NCBI RefSeq assembly: GCF_000150275.1
Contig: NW_002060954.1
Location: 1 to 64,000, forward strand
DNA: 64,000 bases
Source of the DNA: Trichoplax adhaerens
Taxonomy: Eukaryota > Animalia > Placozoa
Direction of reading: 5' to 3'
The notes under the pieces are model-generated. The model was not told where the DNA came from. It was given only the letters and a program-made list of their open reading frames with translations, and did no database searches. Position 1 is the stretch's first letter; each line of letters begins with the position of its first letter. Shown piece after piece: positions 11,431 through 24,829 of the stretch. Both the position numbers and the translations under genes were made by a program.

Positions 11431-13746
11431 ATAAGCCCGATTGTACCATGGATGTCTCATTTCAACGCAGATGTATTAATTGATGCCTATCTGCAGTATT
11501 TATAGCAGCAAATTCGTCATTCACGTTATATTATCTCTAAATTCCTTATACTAAATTCCATGGTACATTTCTACTAATTTCGAATATGTATTACTGTTTA
11601 TTCATGCCCTTTAAGCTTACGTTTATAGTAGTGCTTTGTATAAAATCAAGGGTTACATAAGTTACTATTTTGGTAAGATTTCAGTACACGAACGAACGTT
11701 AAGAACTTTTTACCATAGGTCTATATATATTATAATATAGGATTACTGGCTTAGTAACGATAAGAAGCCGACTTCAATAGACCTTCTAGCTCTTTAATTT
11801 TTCTAGTTTTACTGTATTTGTCCAAGTTAGCTTCTCTGCTCTGAGTTAAGTAATTGGATAATTATTTAACGCAACCTCATGCGAACCTAATATTTCTAAT
11901 CGTAGAATGTAATCATTCGTATATAACGTCTTGTTTATAATATAATGAATTAAATCGGATATACAACTAATGTAAGTTAAAATTGATAAGGTAGTGTGTA
12001 GCATAATTATGGGTTAGCCATTGTTAGACATGATAAATGTCTAATTATATATATAATTATGGTTACTATTGGAAGTTAATCATGGTACTAGTTTGACGAT
12101 AATAGTCTTGTATCATACCAGTAATGGAATCGCTCCAAGTTTAGCTAATGAGTAATCCGTTAAAGCTTGAAAATAAACTTTTTGGTAATGTCATGTCCTT
12201 GATAAATACGCGTATGACCAGAACTTGCAATTAGGCACAAAATGCACGCATACCCAGTAGTTGCAAATATGAAGTATGCAAATACAGTATAAAGGCATGT
12301 ATATGTATATACATATATATATACGTGAACGTCGAAAAATTTAGATCTCTATTGATCTGGCATGTACGCGTACAGTATACTCGTACATACATAATTACGT
12401 AATCGGCTATATGATTAATTTTTAATTATGAATAATGGTGTAATACAGACTACTGCTAATTCTTTCTTTATGATTCTTCGCATGTAGAGCATAATATTTT
12501 AAAGAGTAGGTACAGCATTAATCTATTACAAGACAGATGGTTCCTATATATACGCGCTCGTATATGTTGGTTGGATCTAAGACATCCGTAACGTATTTCG
12601 TACTGTAGATTTCTATCACTTATGATAAGTTATAGCTTTGTCGAGTCTATCATATTACAGGAAATACAACACATAGGATTAATAGTAAAAATTAGAATTG
12701 GAAGGTTAATCTTAAAAATTGATAACTACTAACACTAAATTCTTCGAATCTCTTTAAGGAAAACGGTAATTCCGATAGTATTAGTATTAGCGTGCGATAA
12801 GAAATAGTTATATATATATTGCTAAAAGTTCGATATAATCGTTTCAAACAGGTATAGTTATGCACAAATAAAAAATTCATTTTGCTGCCTTGAAACTAGC
12901 ATTACCCGGTGTTAGAATTACCGTTCAATTAAGTGAGGACAAACACAGGTATATTCCCCTTCTACTCGGATTTCATGATCTAATTTCAGTGTCAAAATTG
13001 TAGGTAACACTTAGAATACATACAATAAACTATAATTGTGTATAGCCCACTTATGATCGAGTGTACAGGTATATATACAAATCTACCGCTATTTCTACTT
13101 TATTCGTTTATTCAAACAGTTACTATCAAGCATACATATCTCAGTAAATCGGAAACAAGGCATTCATTGAAAAGATTCCAAGCATTAATTCTTTATGTAC
13201 ATTACTTTAAAAACGGGGATTAATACAATATCGCTAATGAAAGCTAAAGAACAGTCTTAATGTTAAGGCCCTTTAGAGATCAATTGTAAACGTGGTTAAA
13301 TACCACCTATTCCAATATATCCCCTCTATATAAAATTACACTTAAATTGTTACAGTATCCGTCTAGAAGCTCAGAATTTCACAATGTCAGTGTTTAACGA
13401 ACGACGCAAGCTAAGCTTCATGAGAGCAAAGTTACAACGTGGCTTGCTATACAAAGCTGACAATATCCTTAATACTTAAGTAGTTGTACAAAAGATTTTC
13501 CTATTACGCAAGTACGAAGACATAATTATCATACAAATCTCCCATTATACTATCAGGCGGCTGACTTAAATCAAAGGCAACGTTTTAGTGTATTACATAC
13601 GCGGTAAGTTTCAATATCTAATTTTTAATGAACCAAAGCAAAAGATCTCACTGATTGGAATTTTACAACTCTGATTATAGTATGTAAAATTGTAGCGTGG
13701 TATTCTTCCAATTTAAATACACAACTCTAATGATAACAAAAAATGT

Positions 13747-16700
13747 TTAAGTGCTGTCGTCATCGTCGCTAGGAACTACCGCTTGACTGAGAATTCGGCG
13801 CTTCTTGTTGTTCACTAAAATATATCCAAGTATTAATTGTCAATTACAGCATTACAAATAGTAAACTTTTATTTTTATTCACTGAGCTAACTAACCCAGT
13901 TCCGTCTCAACTTGTTTCCTCTTAGTAAATTCATCATCCGATTCCGAACTAGCCTATAAAGATATTTTAGTCCAAATGCTATCTCTACTAGAAAATCTAC
14001 AAATATTGACCACGATATGATACATTTAAATGCTTTCCAGTATAACTTACCGATTTCCTTACACTCCTTGAAGAAAGCACATTAGTTTCCTCTTCACTAA
14101 CTTCAAAATCGTCTACACTATCTAAAATGGGCATAAACTCTAGCAATTATTACACGTAAAATCTGCTAGTATACTACTGCTTTAAAGCCTAATTACCATT
14201 AAAGCCGGGTTCCACATATTGCTGAAATTTAAGAGAAGAAACATATATTCAATAGCATCTATTCACTAACATCATTAAAATTGTAGGGCGGATTTAATTA
14301 CATTTTGCTTGATCATTTCTAGATAATTTGGAGTTAAATTAGTGTGGCTACGTTCGCGAATTCTTCGTTGCTGATTCTCTCGCCTTATAGAGGCTCTCAG
14401 CTTTTCTTCTTCTTTCTGAATTAAAAACATTAATAAATTTTTGCCAAAAGTGAAGTCTGTTGCTGTAATATGACATTTAACCTTAATCATTTCATGTCTG
14501 CGATATTCAGGATTTTTTTCAATAGCGGGGAGAATGCAAATTTTCTTTAATTAACGTAACACCGAGTTAATAAAAGACTATTAAACTTGATTATAATAGG
14601 AGTAGTTCATACTTGAGCTTTCGAACATTTATCAGCAATAGACAAAGTCATTTTACGATGAGTTTGACTCTCAGTTGAATGTGGCCTATAAAGTAAAAAT
14701 AATAATTCTAACGTCATACACGCGCAGTATATCAAATGTTGTGCAGTAGAATTGTATATTTAAAAGCTTGCAGAACTCACCTTATAGATATCCTAGATTT
14801 CAGTACTACTTTTCCTTGTAATCCATTCACTATTCGTAAAGAGAATAGCACATTATACTGTAGTATCATATCCAAGAAAATTTATTAATTTCTAACCATA
14901 ACCGATTTTCTTACATTCTCTTGTGAATAGATGCTGATTGCAGTTATCGATATCCGATCGAAAAATGTCAAAGATCTCTGAACCCAAATGCAGCGTCATA
15001 CTGAAATGGACATCACAATATTTGAGGGGAAATTGCGATGATATGTAAAACAAATCACACAATTTGCTTTTTTTGCCATACTACAACAACACTGCGCTGC
15101 ATAAATGTAGAGTCCTTACAGCAGCAGTGACATATAAACCATACCTTCCATCAGACCATTCTACTATTTTCGCATTGCTCTCTTCCTCAAATAAATCACC
15201 TTTATTTAATTTTCTCCACCTGATAGTATTTTCCATCTAAGTGTTAAAATATCATTCGTTACGCAACTGTATTTGATAGTAATTTACGTACTAATAGTGA
15301 TTGATGACATCGATAACAAGGTTTTCGTAGACTCATTAAGTACAAGTTTTAGCACGGAAGGATTATCCGTACATGATAAAAAGCATATTGCCCACAATGC
15401 TGTCACACACTTGTGAGTAAAGATGCTGTAGTGATTCAAAATACTGCCTGATTAGGCTCATGCAAGCCGTAAATACTAAGAGTACCCGTAATTTCAAACG
15501 AGCGCGGCCTTCTTCATCAAGCACTTCATCATCACTGAATTCATCTTCGTAATTGATAGAATTGAATGGTCTACATTCAAGAGTATTGGTTAAACTCATA
15601 GCATTTACTATTCTACGGAAGTCATAACATAGCTATAAACTTCGAAAGGTTTCACAGTTACGCTGACGTACTGCCTAATATCTTACTTAGGTTCAACACT
15701 TAAAAAGTTTGGAAGTCTAATGATGAACAGATCAGATCCCAGGCGCGTTTGGTTTTCCGGCATATTAATATTTACATAACAATTACTTTGTATCTCATTC
15801 TTGTACGCGCATCAGGCCACCAAACGTATATGATCCAACAAAATAAAATAAGATAGAATAAAATGTTTAGCTTTCATTTTAGATATACAATAACCCATAG
15901 ATGTAGTGCAAACGAGCCACCACGCCAATCACGAAATAGAGCATATCTACGTATATTTCATCCTATTGAGTATCATCCTCATAAAAACCTTGGAATCGTC
16001 TTCTGAGCTGGCTCTACAAATGGAAGTAAGTAACACGGATATAGTACAGTACTATTATTACATATTACTGTATTCAAAGTTAATGATAGTACAGTAAGGT
16101 AATAGTAACTACAATATTGCTAACTTACACTACCCCAATAACGATTACTCCCTAAATACGGTACTTACGTATCAGAATCGATATTGCCGAATAGCTGTTC
16201 TTCCACTACAATTAATAGAGGACAAGTGCAGGAAAAACCTTAGCACGTACGCGTGCATATGCATGAAGTGCTGAGTATTACCCCTATCATATTTTATGCT
16301 TACAAACATCATCTTCACAGCTGGAAAGCTTGACCTAAAAAAGTTTATGTAACAAGAGCATCAATTTACAAAACGCTATTAAGATTTTAGAAACTTGTTA
16401 CTGTACGGATATGTCCTATACATATTATATATTACAGTACCGGTTATGCATTCGTGTAACGATAGTAACATTTATCTGCTTTTTAAAATTACTGCGGTAC
16501 CACAACGGTACATTTATCCCGTAGTGATTTATTCTATAGGTAACTTTCCCATACAATACGGAAAATAAGACTCATACTACATTACAAGCCCAGAGTACAG
16601 CTAACCTTCTCAAAATCGACATCGCTATCTCTGTCTTCTTCACTTTATTCGAATGTCGTAATTGTAGCATTAGAATTAAGAATTAACAAGTACCGTATGT

Positions 16701-16843
16701 AGAATATCAACATTGTACAGCATTGTGTGAAAATGAAAAATACGAGTACTGTAATAGCTAACAAATTATACTAGTTCGACTACAATCAGTAAGTACATTA
16801 TGTGTACTAACGATAAACTAAATAGTTCCTCAATTTTCTCCAT
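13747..16843 (-). CDS. LEO1: RNA polymerase-associated protein LEO1 (PAF1 complex)
   Basis: Exons encode [64 protein letters not shown] and [22 protein letters not shown]. The start MEKIEELF is inferred; the small acidic 5' exons are less certain. Confidence 0.93.
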
Positions 16844-16962
16844 TGAATTCCGATACGTTACTCCAGAGCGTTAAATTAACTTTCCCAATTACAGTGCACT
16901 AACAGTAAATTGAAGATGTTAAGAGAGGGGAAGAAAAAGTGAAAAGCAAGTGACAGACGATA

Positions 16963-17177
16963 TACTGTACTGTACTTTAAGTTAATAGGTTACCAATGTA
17001 CAGTACAGTACTTACGATGGACTGATGCTGTATACTGTACACTGTACACTGTACAGCAGGATATCCTGTACGGTACTGTACTGTACAGTACTGTACAACT
17101 CTTTTTTCCTTTTATACTGTACTGTACAGTACAGTACGCTGTACTATACACTGTACACTGTACAGTACGGTACTGTA
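16963..17177. repeat. TA-(CAG/CTG/CGG)-TA array between the LEO1 start and the tRNA
   Basis: 17069-17095 parses as TA CGG TA CTG TA CTG TA CAG TA CTG TA. Confidence 0.9.
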
Positions 17178-17273
17178 TGTCTGTTAACGTTCTGTATCAA
17201 TCAATCTATGATCTACCTGCAGCATGATTGCACACGTTTTATATATGAAATATTAGCCTAATACTTTAGGTTG

Positions 17274-17346
17274 GCCTCTGTAGCTCAGTGGTTAGAGCAC
17301 TGGTCTTGTAAACCAGGGGTCGAGAGTTCAATCCTCTCCAGGGGCT
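17274..17346 (+). tRNA. tRNA-Thr (anticodon TGT)
   Basis: 73 nt. Acceptor stem GCCTCTG/CAGGGGC, A box TAGCTCAGTGG, anticodon arm CTGGT-CTTGTAA-ACCAG, B box GTTCAATCC, followed by an oligo-T Pol III terminator. Confidence 0.97.
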
Positions 17347-17653
17347 TTTTCTTCCTTTTTTTAAAAAGCCTACTTACTATAAATGTTAAGGTATGGCTTA
17401 AATACGCTAAAGGATTTAAGACTAAATAGAATTACTGTACTGTACAGTACTGTACATTATCATTTCATTTTGAAAATTATAGTATGTAAGCATCACAATT
17501 TCTTTTAGTCATTCAAAACTGACCAATTCTTTAAATTGTCCTCTTTAGAGGTCTCCGGTAAAAGAATGCAAAAGAAAAAAGGCCTGTCCGCCCGACTAGC
17601 GTCCGATGATTTTCTGAAATGATTGCCATGACTACATAGCATCTCTATTGTAA

Positions 17654-18054
17654 ATGTACAGTATAATGTACTGTATAATGTACACTTTGTACAGTACAGT
17701 ACAGTGACTACTGATTCACAGTACAGTACTGTACTGTACAGTATACTTACTATACTGTACTGTACTGTACTGTACAGTAGGAGAGCACTCGTTTCTCCAT
17801 AGAAATAAATACTGTACTGTACAGTACTGTAAATAAATAAATGTACTGTACTGTACAGTACTATACAACCGAACCTTTCTCGGGTCTACAGTAAGTACAG
17901 TACAGTACAGTTACGGTCGTGTCAAAACTTTGAATACTGTACTGTACACTGTACAGTACACTGTACGTACAGTATACTGTACTGTACAGTACTGTAGTTC
18001 TAAAAATACGCAGACCATAAACTACTGTACTGTACAGTACTGTACAGTACAGTA
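17654..18054. repeat. TA-(CAG/CTG)-TA array upstream of ZFAND4
   Basis: Dense mixed-orientation pentamer arrays interrupted by short unique islands. Confidence 0.9.
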
Positions 18055-18956
18055 TCCACAAACAATAAAGTTTTGTACCACATACTGCCCAGTCACTCGT
18101 CTGTCAGTGAACCACTAATATCGTCATTGCATTTGTTAGTAATAATATTTTCACGAAACATTTCCTTTAGTGGGCCCATACTCTGAATAAATTCATTGAA
18201 TGTTCATCGCAAAGCAGAAGAACACGTACAATATTGTGAAAATTTTTATGCATAATCTAGTCTGATGTGCAATATTAAAGTACTGAAGCGTCACAATAAA
18301 CCGCTGTAATTCAGTGGTGTGTTTACCGGTCATTAAATTAGGAAGGCTGACGATTTTAAAAGCAAGTTGTGTGGCCGTTTGGCTTGACGGCGCGGTAAGT
18401 CTACCAAATTGTACTTTTAAAACAAATAGCGCTACTCTATTCATAAAATCAGTTAGTTATCTATAAAACGTCATGGCACATAATGATTTAATAAGATTGC
18501 TGTAAAGGTGCTAAAATATGGTTTCATCACGATATACATTTTGCCGTCTCTCGAATGGAGGGAGATGTCCTTTATAATTGCTGTTTGACAGTAGTATACG
18601 TACCCGCATAGTTCATCTGATAAAACGTCATGAATTCATGATGTTAATGATTTTAATTGAACACCAAGTCAGTTAATTGGACTGTAACAGTTAGTTATTC
18701 GTACTGTGCATGTGCTATGATAATGATGCTAGTGAAACTTCAGCAGATTTAGTTGCAAATGCGTATACTTGTATACTGTACTATGATGATCTGAATAAAA
18801 CTATCCAGTAGACTGAATTACTACATATTGTATATGTTATACCTCTACGTCGTCTACTGTATATACTCGTATACAGTACTGTATCGCAGTTGATGCGGTC
18901 AGTGCCACAGATTACTTTGTGCCTTGGTCGAACGTGGATGGTTGCGGAAACGAGCT

Positions 18957-21900
18957 ATGGAATTATACGTAGAAACGTTAACTGGAATTGCATTTGAATT
19001 ACGGGTCAGCCCGTATGAAACTATTATAGATGTCAAAGCTAAAATTCAGAAATTTGAAGGTGAGAACTATATGAGCTTTTCGGTTATTAACCTGTGTTGA
19101 TAATCTTATGTCTAATACCTGCATAGATTTTGATGAAACATTAACACTCGCAAAAATATGTGTAATTATAATAGTTGCGTCTTAGTTGATCCTCATATGG
19201 TAGGTACTGCATACTATATTATGATGGGTAACGTACTGACAAATATAAGCTTTACTGCAGGTTATATTGTAGTAACTAATTTGTTTGCAAGGGGATATTT
19301 ATTTTCAGATAGTAATTGCTATTATTCAAAAATGGACGTTACAGTAATCACGAGGTAGCCTTTGATTTTTGACGTGGACTAAATCATGGTTAAACTTACA
19401 GAATAGGCATCGGGAATCAAATCTTCAGAGCGGTTTCTTTTACACTCACATTAAAAATACACACTTGACTAAACAAGATGCGTTAAATTAGAGTGTTCAT
19501 GATGTTAGTGTATACCGTAGTAGTTTCTAGTTCGTATACAGTTTGATACCCGAAGGACTTGGGAAGAGTGAGCGTTTTAAAATATTCTATTACGCTAGTC
19601 AACAACTATTACAGTACTGCCAACCGAACCTACTCCAGCAGTCGCTCGTGATACACTTCTGATGGAGAAATTAAGATTTTTCTTGTACCTCACCTTTATG
19701 CCGCTGTAAGAGAGTATTACAGAACTCTGTAATCTACTGTGCTCTGAACTACTAATTTAGTTATTACAATTAGAGGATTTTACGTAAATTATGATTGTAA
19801 TAATTATGGTTATCCGAATATTATCAGAACTACGTTGCGTACTTGGACTGCAGTAATTACCGTAGTTGGGCTACCTAAATACTATACATGCACTGTTTTA
19901 CTGGAGAAAAATAACTGTCGTAACATTTTATGAGAGCTATACACTACAGTATAATACAATACTGTATTCATGAGGATGCAGAGACTTTAAAGCGGTATAC
20001 ACTGTCATAGAATCGGCAGCACATATTATTACTCTACTGTATGTAAATTATAAAGTATAAAAATGCACTGTACCTAAGTACTAAGTAAATACCGTGCTGT
20101 ACTCTGCATTTTATTTTATAGCACACTAGTTTGTATCATGATAGAGTCCCTTTTAATGATTCGATAACTATTTAATTGCGAATTTCATACCCTTTACGAT
20201 CGACTTTAGGTATTCCTATATCACAGCAGCACCTGTTATGGAAATCCATTGAGCTTGAAGATGACTATTGTTTGATAGACTACAGGTTCGAACTTGATTG
20301 TTAAAAAACTCGGTTTGAATAAGCAGCATCACACCATTATATTACTATAGTATATTATACAATATTCTTGCAATATCTAAGTTCAGCTTGTATGTTGTAA
20401 CTGAAGACTACTCATAATTATATGAGCGGATGCTAATAATTTAAATATTGTAAATATATGTATATAATATATAATAGATACTTTTCATTGCTACTGTATA
20501 TGCAATTTAGGATTACCAACGGGAGTACATTACAGTTAGTATTATCTATGCGATGTGGGCCAATTAATACGAAAAGAGGTACAAATATACTAAGCACATA
20601 CCTTTAGGGATAAGGAATAGCCATTTTGTATTGGAAATTGGCGTAGCGTTAGCATTAAATACAGTGCATAAATTTCAACAGTAACTATGTGAACAATTCA
20701 ATTGAATTGAACTAAATTTAAGTAAATTAAATTTAATTGATTACTTTAAGTGCCACATGAGGAATGCTCTTCCGAAGTTTCTGAATATATCGATCTGAAT
20801 AAGTAAATATTTACTACCCTGAAAAGCAATTATCATCAGTTATGTCTTTATGTTTTCACAGACTATTACTAACCATTGGGTACCTTTTATATTATATTAA
20901 TAGTAAGGACGCACTATTAAAAAAGTTACCTTTAACCGATAAGCCTGTTACATATTTAGTTTTCAGGTGTGTAATAATATTGTTAATTACAGTTAAAAAT
21001 GTAATAAATATACTGAGACAGTACTCAATACGACCGTGAATGATATCTAAGGCGTACCTTTTACTAATGAAATAGAGACGGCAACAGGCTTAATCTATAT
21101 CGATTATTTCGTGATGAATCAAGTAGCAATGAAACTTTTAGGTATGTTGATGCCTCCAATGATTTGGCGAAAAGGCCGTTATAATGACTTATTTAGTTAT
21201 TTGCTGACATTAGTATTCATATAAATTAACACTGTTGAAGGTTTGGTTCAATTCATCTGTTTTTAAATTTTCTTAGCAAAAAATCGGCGCATGGCCAGGG
21301 TCTTGGCAACAAGCATGGTAGCGTTCCAGTAACGGTAAACTGATTAAAAGAATTTTGAAAGTTACCAATAAATGTCAATAACTGCTTTGCTGAAAATATC
21401 TTAGGATTCTGTTAGCGAAAATGAAAAAACTATGAAAAAGATGCAGGCATTAAAAGAAAAATTATCGTCACGAATAAATCGTAATAACATAACTTCTACA
21501 CAACACCAAGTCTCACATGAAGTAGCTGATAATGATAGAAAGTAAGTTGCTATTAACATTGTACGTGATATATTTGAGCATATGTGAATATGCAATAGAA
21601 GTCCTTATTAATGAATAGCCTTACCTCAGCTTTCTGCGCAATTAAATACGAGTAAAATAGTAAATTGTATTTGTCTTAGTCAGTTACTCGTGAATGGATT
21701 GAGATAATTTTTGTCTAACGAATGTTAAAGAAATATTATGCTGGTCTACTCTAGAGTGAAAGCAAAAATAATTATGTGATCACTTATAAATTACTTTTAG
21801 ATCGTTTTCAAACGAGCTTTCTCTTACCAAGCAAACGAAATTTACCAGCTTGCCACCAGTTCTAAGGACGGAAAAGGATAGGAAAACTAATAAAATGGAA

Positions 21901-22880
21901 TCTCGCTGCATAGCTAGGGAAAATCAAGTCATTCTTCAAACTGTTCGGGGTCTCAAAGATATCGGATTACAAGGTACCGATGTCTAAATGACAAAAAAGA
22001 TTCCTATATATTAAGTGAAAGTGCATTCAGAATGTGATCATGCAGTAGACAAGCGATCTCACTGAAGATTAGTATAATAATGAATTTTTAGAATCCCAGG
22101 AAAAGAATGAGAAAAATCGAACCCAAATATTACGTGAATCTTATGCTAAACCTCAATCAATCAGTGGCAGCAGTCATATCGATAGAGCAATTGATAGCAA
22201 AGTGCTAACAGCTAATGTAATTTCGGTAAGACTACAGGTTCTTCTCTTGATATCCAAGTTAATTCTGCAATACCTTTCCATGAACATTTGTTACATTTTA
22301 TTTCGTAGACGGTACCAGTAATACTGTATTACTTAATTTAATTTCTAGTCTAAACCCTTCCATTATTCCTTCAAATCATCGGAGCTGCCTAACCCACGAA
22401 ATAGTATAGAAAAGTTCGAACACATTAGAAGACTACCTGATGTCACTCTTAATGTACGTATGCCTTTCATTATTCTCAGTACAATATTCGTGCCCATGAC
22501 AATGTTAGTAAAATTGCTTTCTTCGACTGTTTGGACTTTGGATCCCATTCTTGACTTCTAATCAACTTAATAAACAATGATTCAGAACAAGAATGTGGCA
22601 AAATGTTCGATTTGTAACAAGAAATTAGGATTATCTAATACGTTTGATTGCAGGTAGTTCTTAAAAGAATTATATCTATCCCATTTATTTATAGATAGTG
22701 AAGATATTTGATTAATATTACTTTTGAATACATATAATATTTAGATGTGGTCGTGTCTTCTGTTCGCGTCATCGTTACGCAGAAGTTCATAATTGCTCCT
22801 TTGATTACAAATCTGACGGACGAAAAATTCTTGAAGAAAGGAATCCTACAGTTACGGCCCCGAAACTCCCTAAGATTTAG
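18957..22880 (+). CDS. ZFAND4: AN1-type zinc finger and ubiquitin-like domain protein (ZFAND4/ANUBL1)
   Basis: Ubiquitin-like N-terminus MELYVETLTGIAFELRVSPYETIIDVKAKIQKFE/GIPISQQHLLW...LVLSMRCGPINTKR. C-terminal AN1 finger CSICNKKLGLSNTFDCR/CGRVFCSRHRYAEVHNCSFDYK...NPTVTAPKLPKI*. Confidence 0.94.
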
Positions 22881-23840
22881 TCAAAAGAATACAGTACATA
22901 TGAAAATGCAAATATTTAAATATGTATGATGGCATGAAGACACTTAGTTGCTGTAGTTTATATGTGAGTGAGTCTTTCTTCAAGGCTCAATTTCACAATT
23001 GATTCTTTATAGTTAATTTCAAAGTTTACATAACAGGTTGCATAACCTTACTTTAAATTGAAAATGTGTCTACCCCTAAATGTGATAGCATGAAACTCTT
23101 CTACACCACGATGTACAGTGTAATCTAAAATCTGCATTGATAGCTCAGTCTTTTTAGAAATTCGCATCTTGCTGTAGCTCTTTATTTCGTTTTTTTAATA
23201 AATTTATAATGCTTATCATCAGCTTTCGTAAATATTGGCCAGAATATTAAGTAAAAGCCTTTTCTTTTACACAATTATATGTATATACGTACATACTATA
23301 TTTATCTTCGCTCTACTTAAAATTCGGAATAATCGAAAAATCTAAAATTGTATTTCTATCGATTCTTACTACTCATCATAACTGAAGACCTTCTTAAGAA
23401 TTATCATATTTCATACACAAAATACGCTGTTACGTGAAACTAATTTTTCGACCAGGTGTACCTCGTATAATTTCTTGGACGTATTATTAGTTTAGGACTG
23501 CATCCATATTCTTGAAGCTATGCCATAGCTTCACCAGCTGTATATCTTGTTTATAAGTAATTAAAAAATAAAATTTAGTCTGTGCAAAATTGAAATTATC
23601 GAAGATACAGTATAATTGCTCGAGTGATCTAGACATTATGGTTTTTCTTTTGTCCACACATGATAGGTTGCAAGTTTCTTTATTCTCACGACAGAGAGAG
23701 CTTCGCCAGCGTAAAAGAAATCTAGATACATATTCCGTGGAGAGATGACGAAGGTTGCTAATAGAAGCCCCAAAAATGTAGAGGACGTAAACTTGTCGTT
23801 TATTCTTACTGTGGTACAAAGCTACCGTAAATAAATAACA

Positions 23841-23990
23841 CTAGTGCAAACTCCCGTCGCTTTGCTGACGGTTTACGATAATGTGCTCATTTAACAGATA
23901 GTATTACCATTTGATAGACCTGTCAGAGGTTCAATAACTTTATACCGTGTACTGTATGCTGTACAAATCTACGGTACAGCACTACATATT
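23841..23990 (-). mobile_element. Non-autonomous Helitron-like 3' end, copy 2 (may extend to ~24340)
   Basis: Minus strand reads ...ACCGTCAGCAAAGCGACGGGAGTTTGCACTAG|T, with a CCGTC/GACGG hairpin ~10 nt before CTAG. Homologous to 8452-8575. Confidence 0.62.
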
Positions 23991-24390
23991 AAGTGCTGTT
24001 ACTACTGTACTCCTACTTTCTCCCCTCCTCCCTCCCCCCCCCCCCCCCCTCTCAAAAAAAAATTCGCTAATTTTGCCCCTAAAATAAAAAGAACGCTCTC
24101 TTATCCAAGGACTTTTCACTTCAACTAAGATACAGTACTATTAACTATCAGTAAAATATTAGGTACATTCACACAAACACATCCTTCTTTGATACAATTT
24201 CACAAAATGCACTCACCGACTCACGTTTTGCGAGTCTCTATCAATGAACATATCATTATCGTAAGCCCATCGGAAACTCACTAGAAAGCTAAATAAGGTT
24301 AGTTTTAAACCGTTTTGAAGATCTATAAACATAACACAAACTACTGTACATAGTAAATACTGTACTAAGAAAGTAAGAGAAACAAATTAA

Positions 24391-24454
24391 GGGAGTTCTC
24401 GATAAAAATCAATATTTTGATTTTATTTTTTTTTGATTTTCATCGAGAAGTCCC
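24391..24454. mobile_element. 64-bp inverted-repeat element (PIF/Harbinger-like mini-MITE?)
   Basis: GGGAGTTCTCGATAAAAATCAA ... TTGATTTTCATCGAGAAGTCCC, a 20/22 inverted match, flanked by TAA and TGA. Confidence 0.5.
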
Positions 24455-24790
24455 TGACAGTATAGTACAGTACTGTATTAGCTAAAACCATAGAGGTAAA
24501 GAGGGTTTCTTTTACCGCTATGGCTAAACAATTAAATGTTGGCGTCGATAGAGTACAGTACTTTGTACTGTGAGTTGACCCGTTAAAAGAGCTTTCACTA
24601 AAGTACTGTACAGTACAATTGAGTTAACATTTTGCTGACCTTGCATTACTGTACGGTACTGTACAGTACAGTGTACAGTACCGTAAATCATCCTCTGCTG
24701 ACTGTACTGTACTGTACGATAAATAAATAATTGTTAGAAATCCGTAAGTGTACTGTACTGTACAGTACAGTATGCAGTGACTGCAGTCAG
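24455..24790. repeat. TA-(CAG/CTG/CCG/CGG)-TA arrays at the PPP6C promoter
   Basis: Densest at 24604-24775, with further copies in intron 1 (~25038-25096 and ~25292-25324). Confidence 0.88.
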
Positions 24791-24829
24791 TGCAGTACCG
24801 GTTTTGCATTAGAAAAGCTGTACGAAAAG

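Noticed and set aside
13463-13472. Other ATATCCTT matches (also ~58041) as U12 5' splice sites
   Set aside because: One is on the strand opposite LEO1, downstream of its stop. The other is the antisense of an ordinary SEC31 acceptor. Neither has a paired branch site.
17581-17640. Possible C/D-box snoRNA near the tRNA
   Set aside because: The box-like words are too close together and there is no terminal stem or guide sequence.
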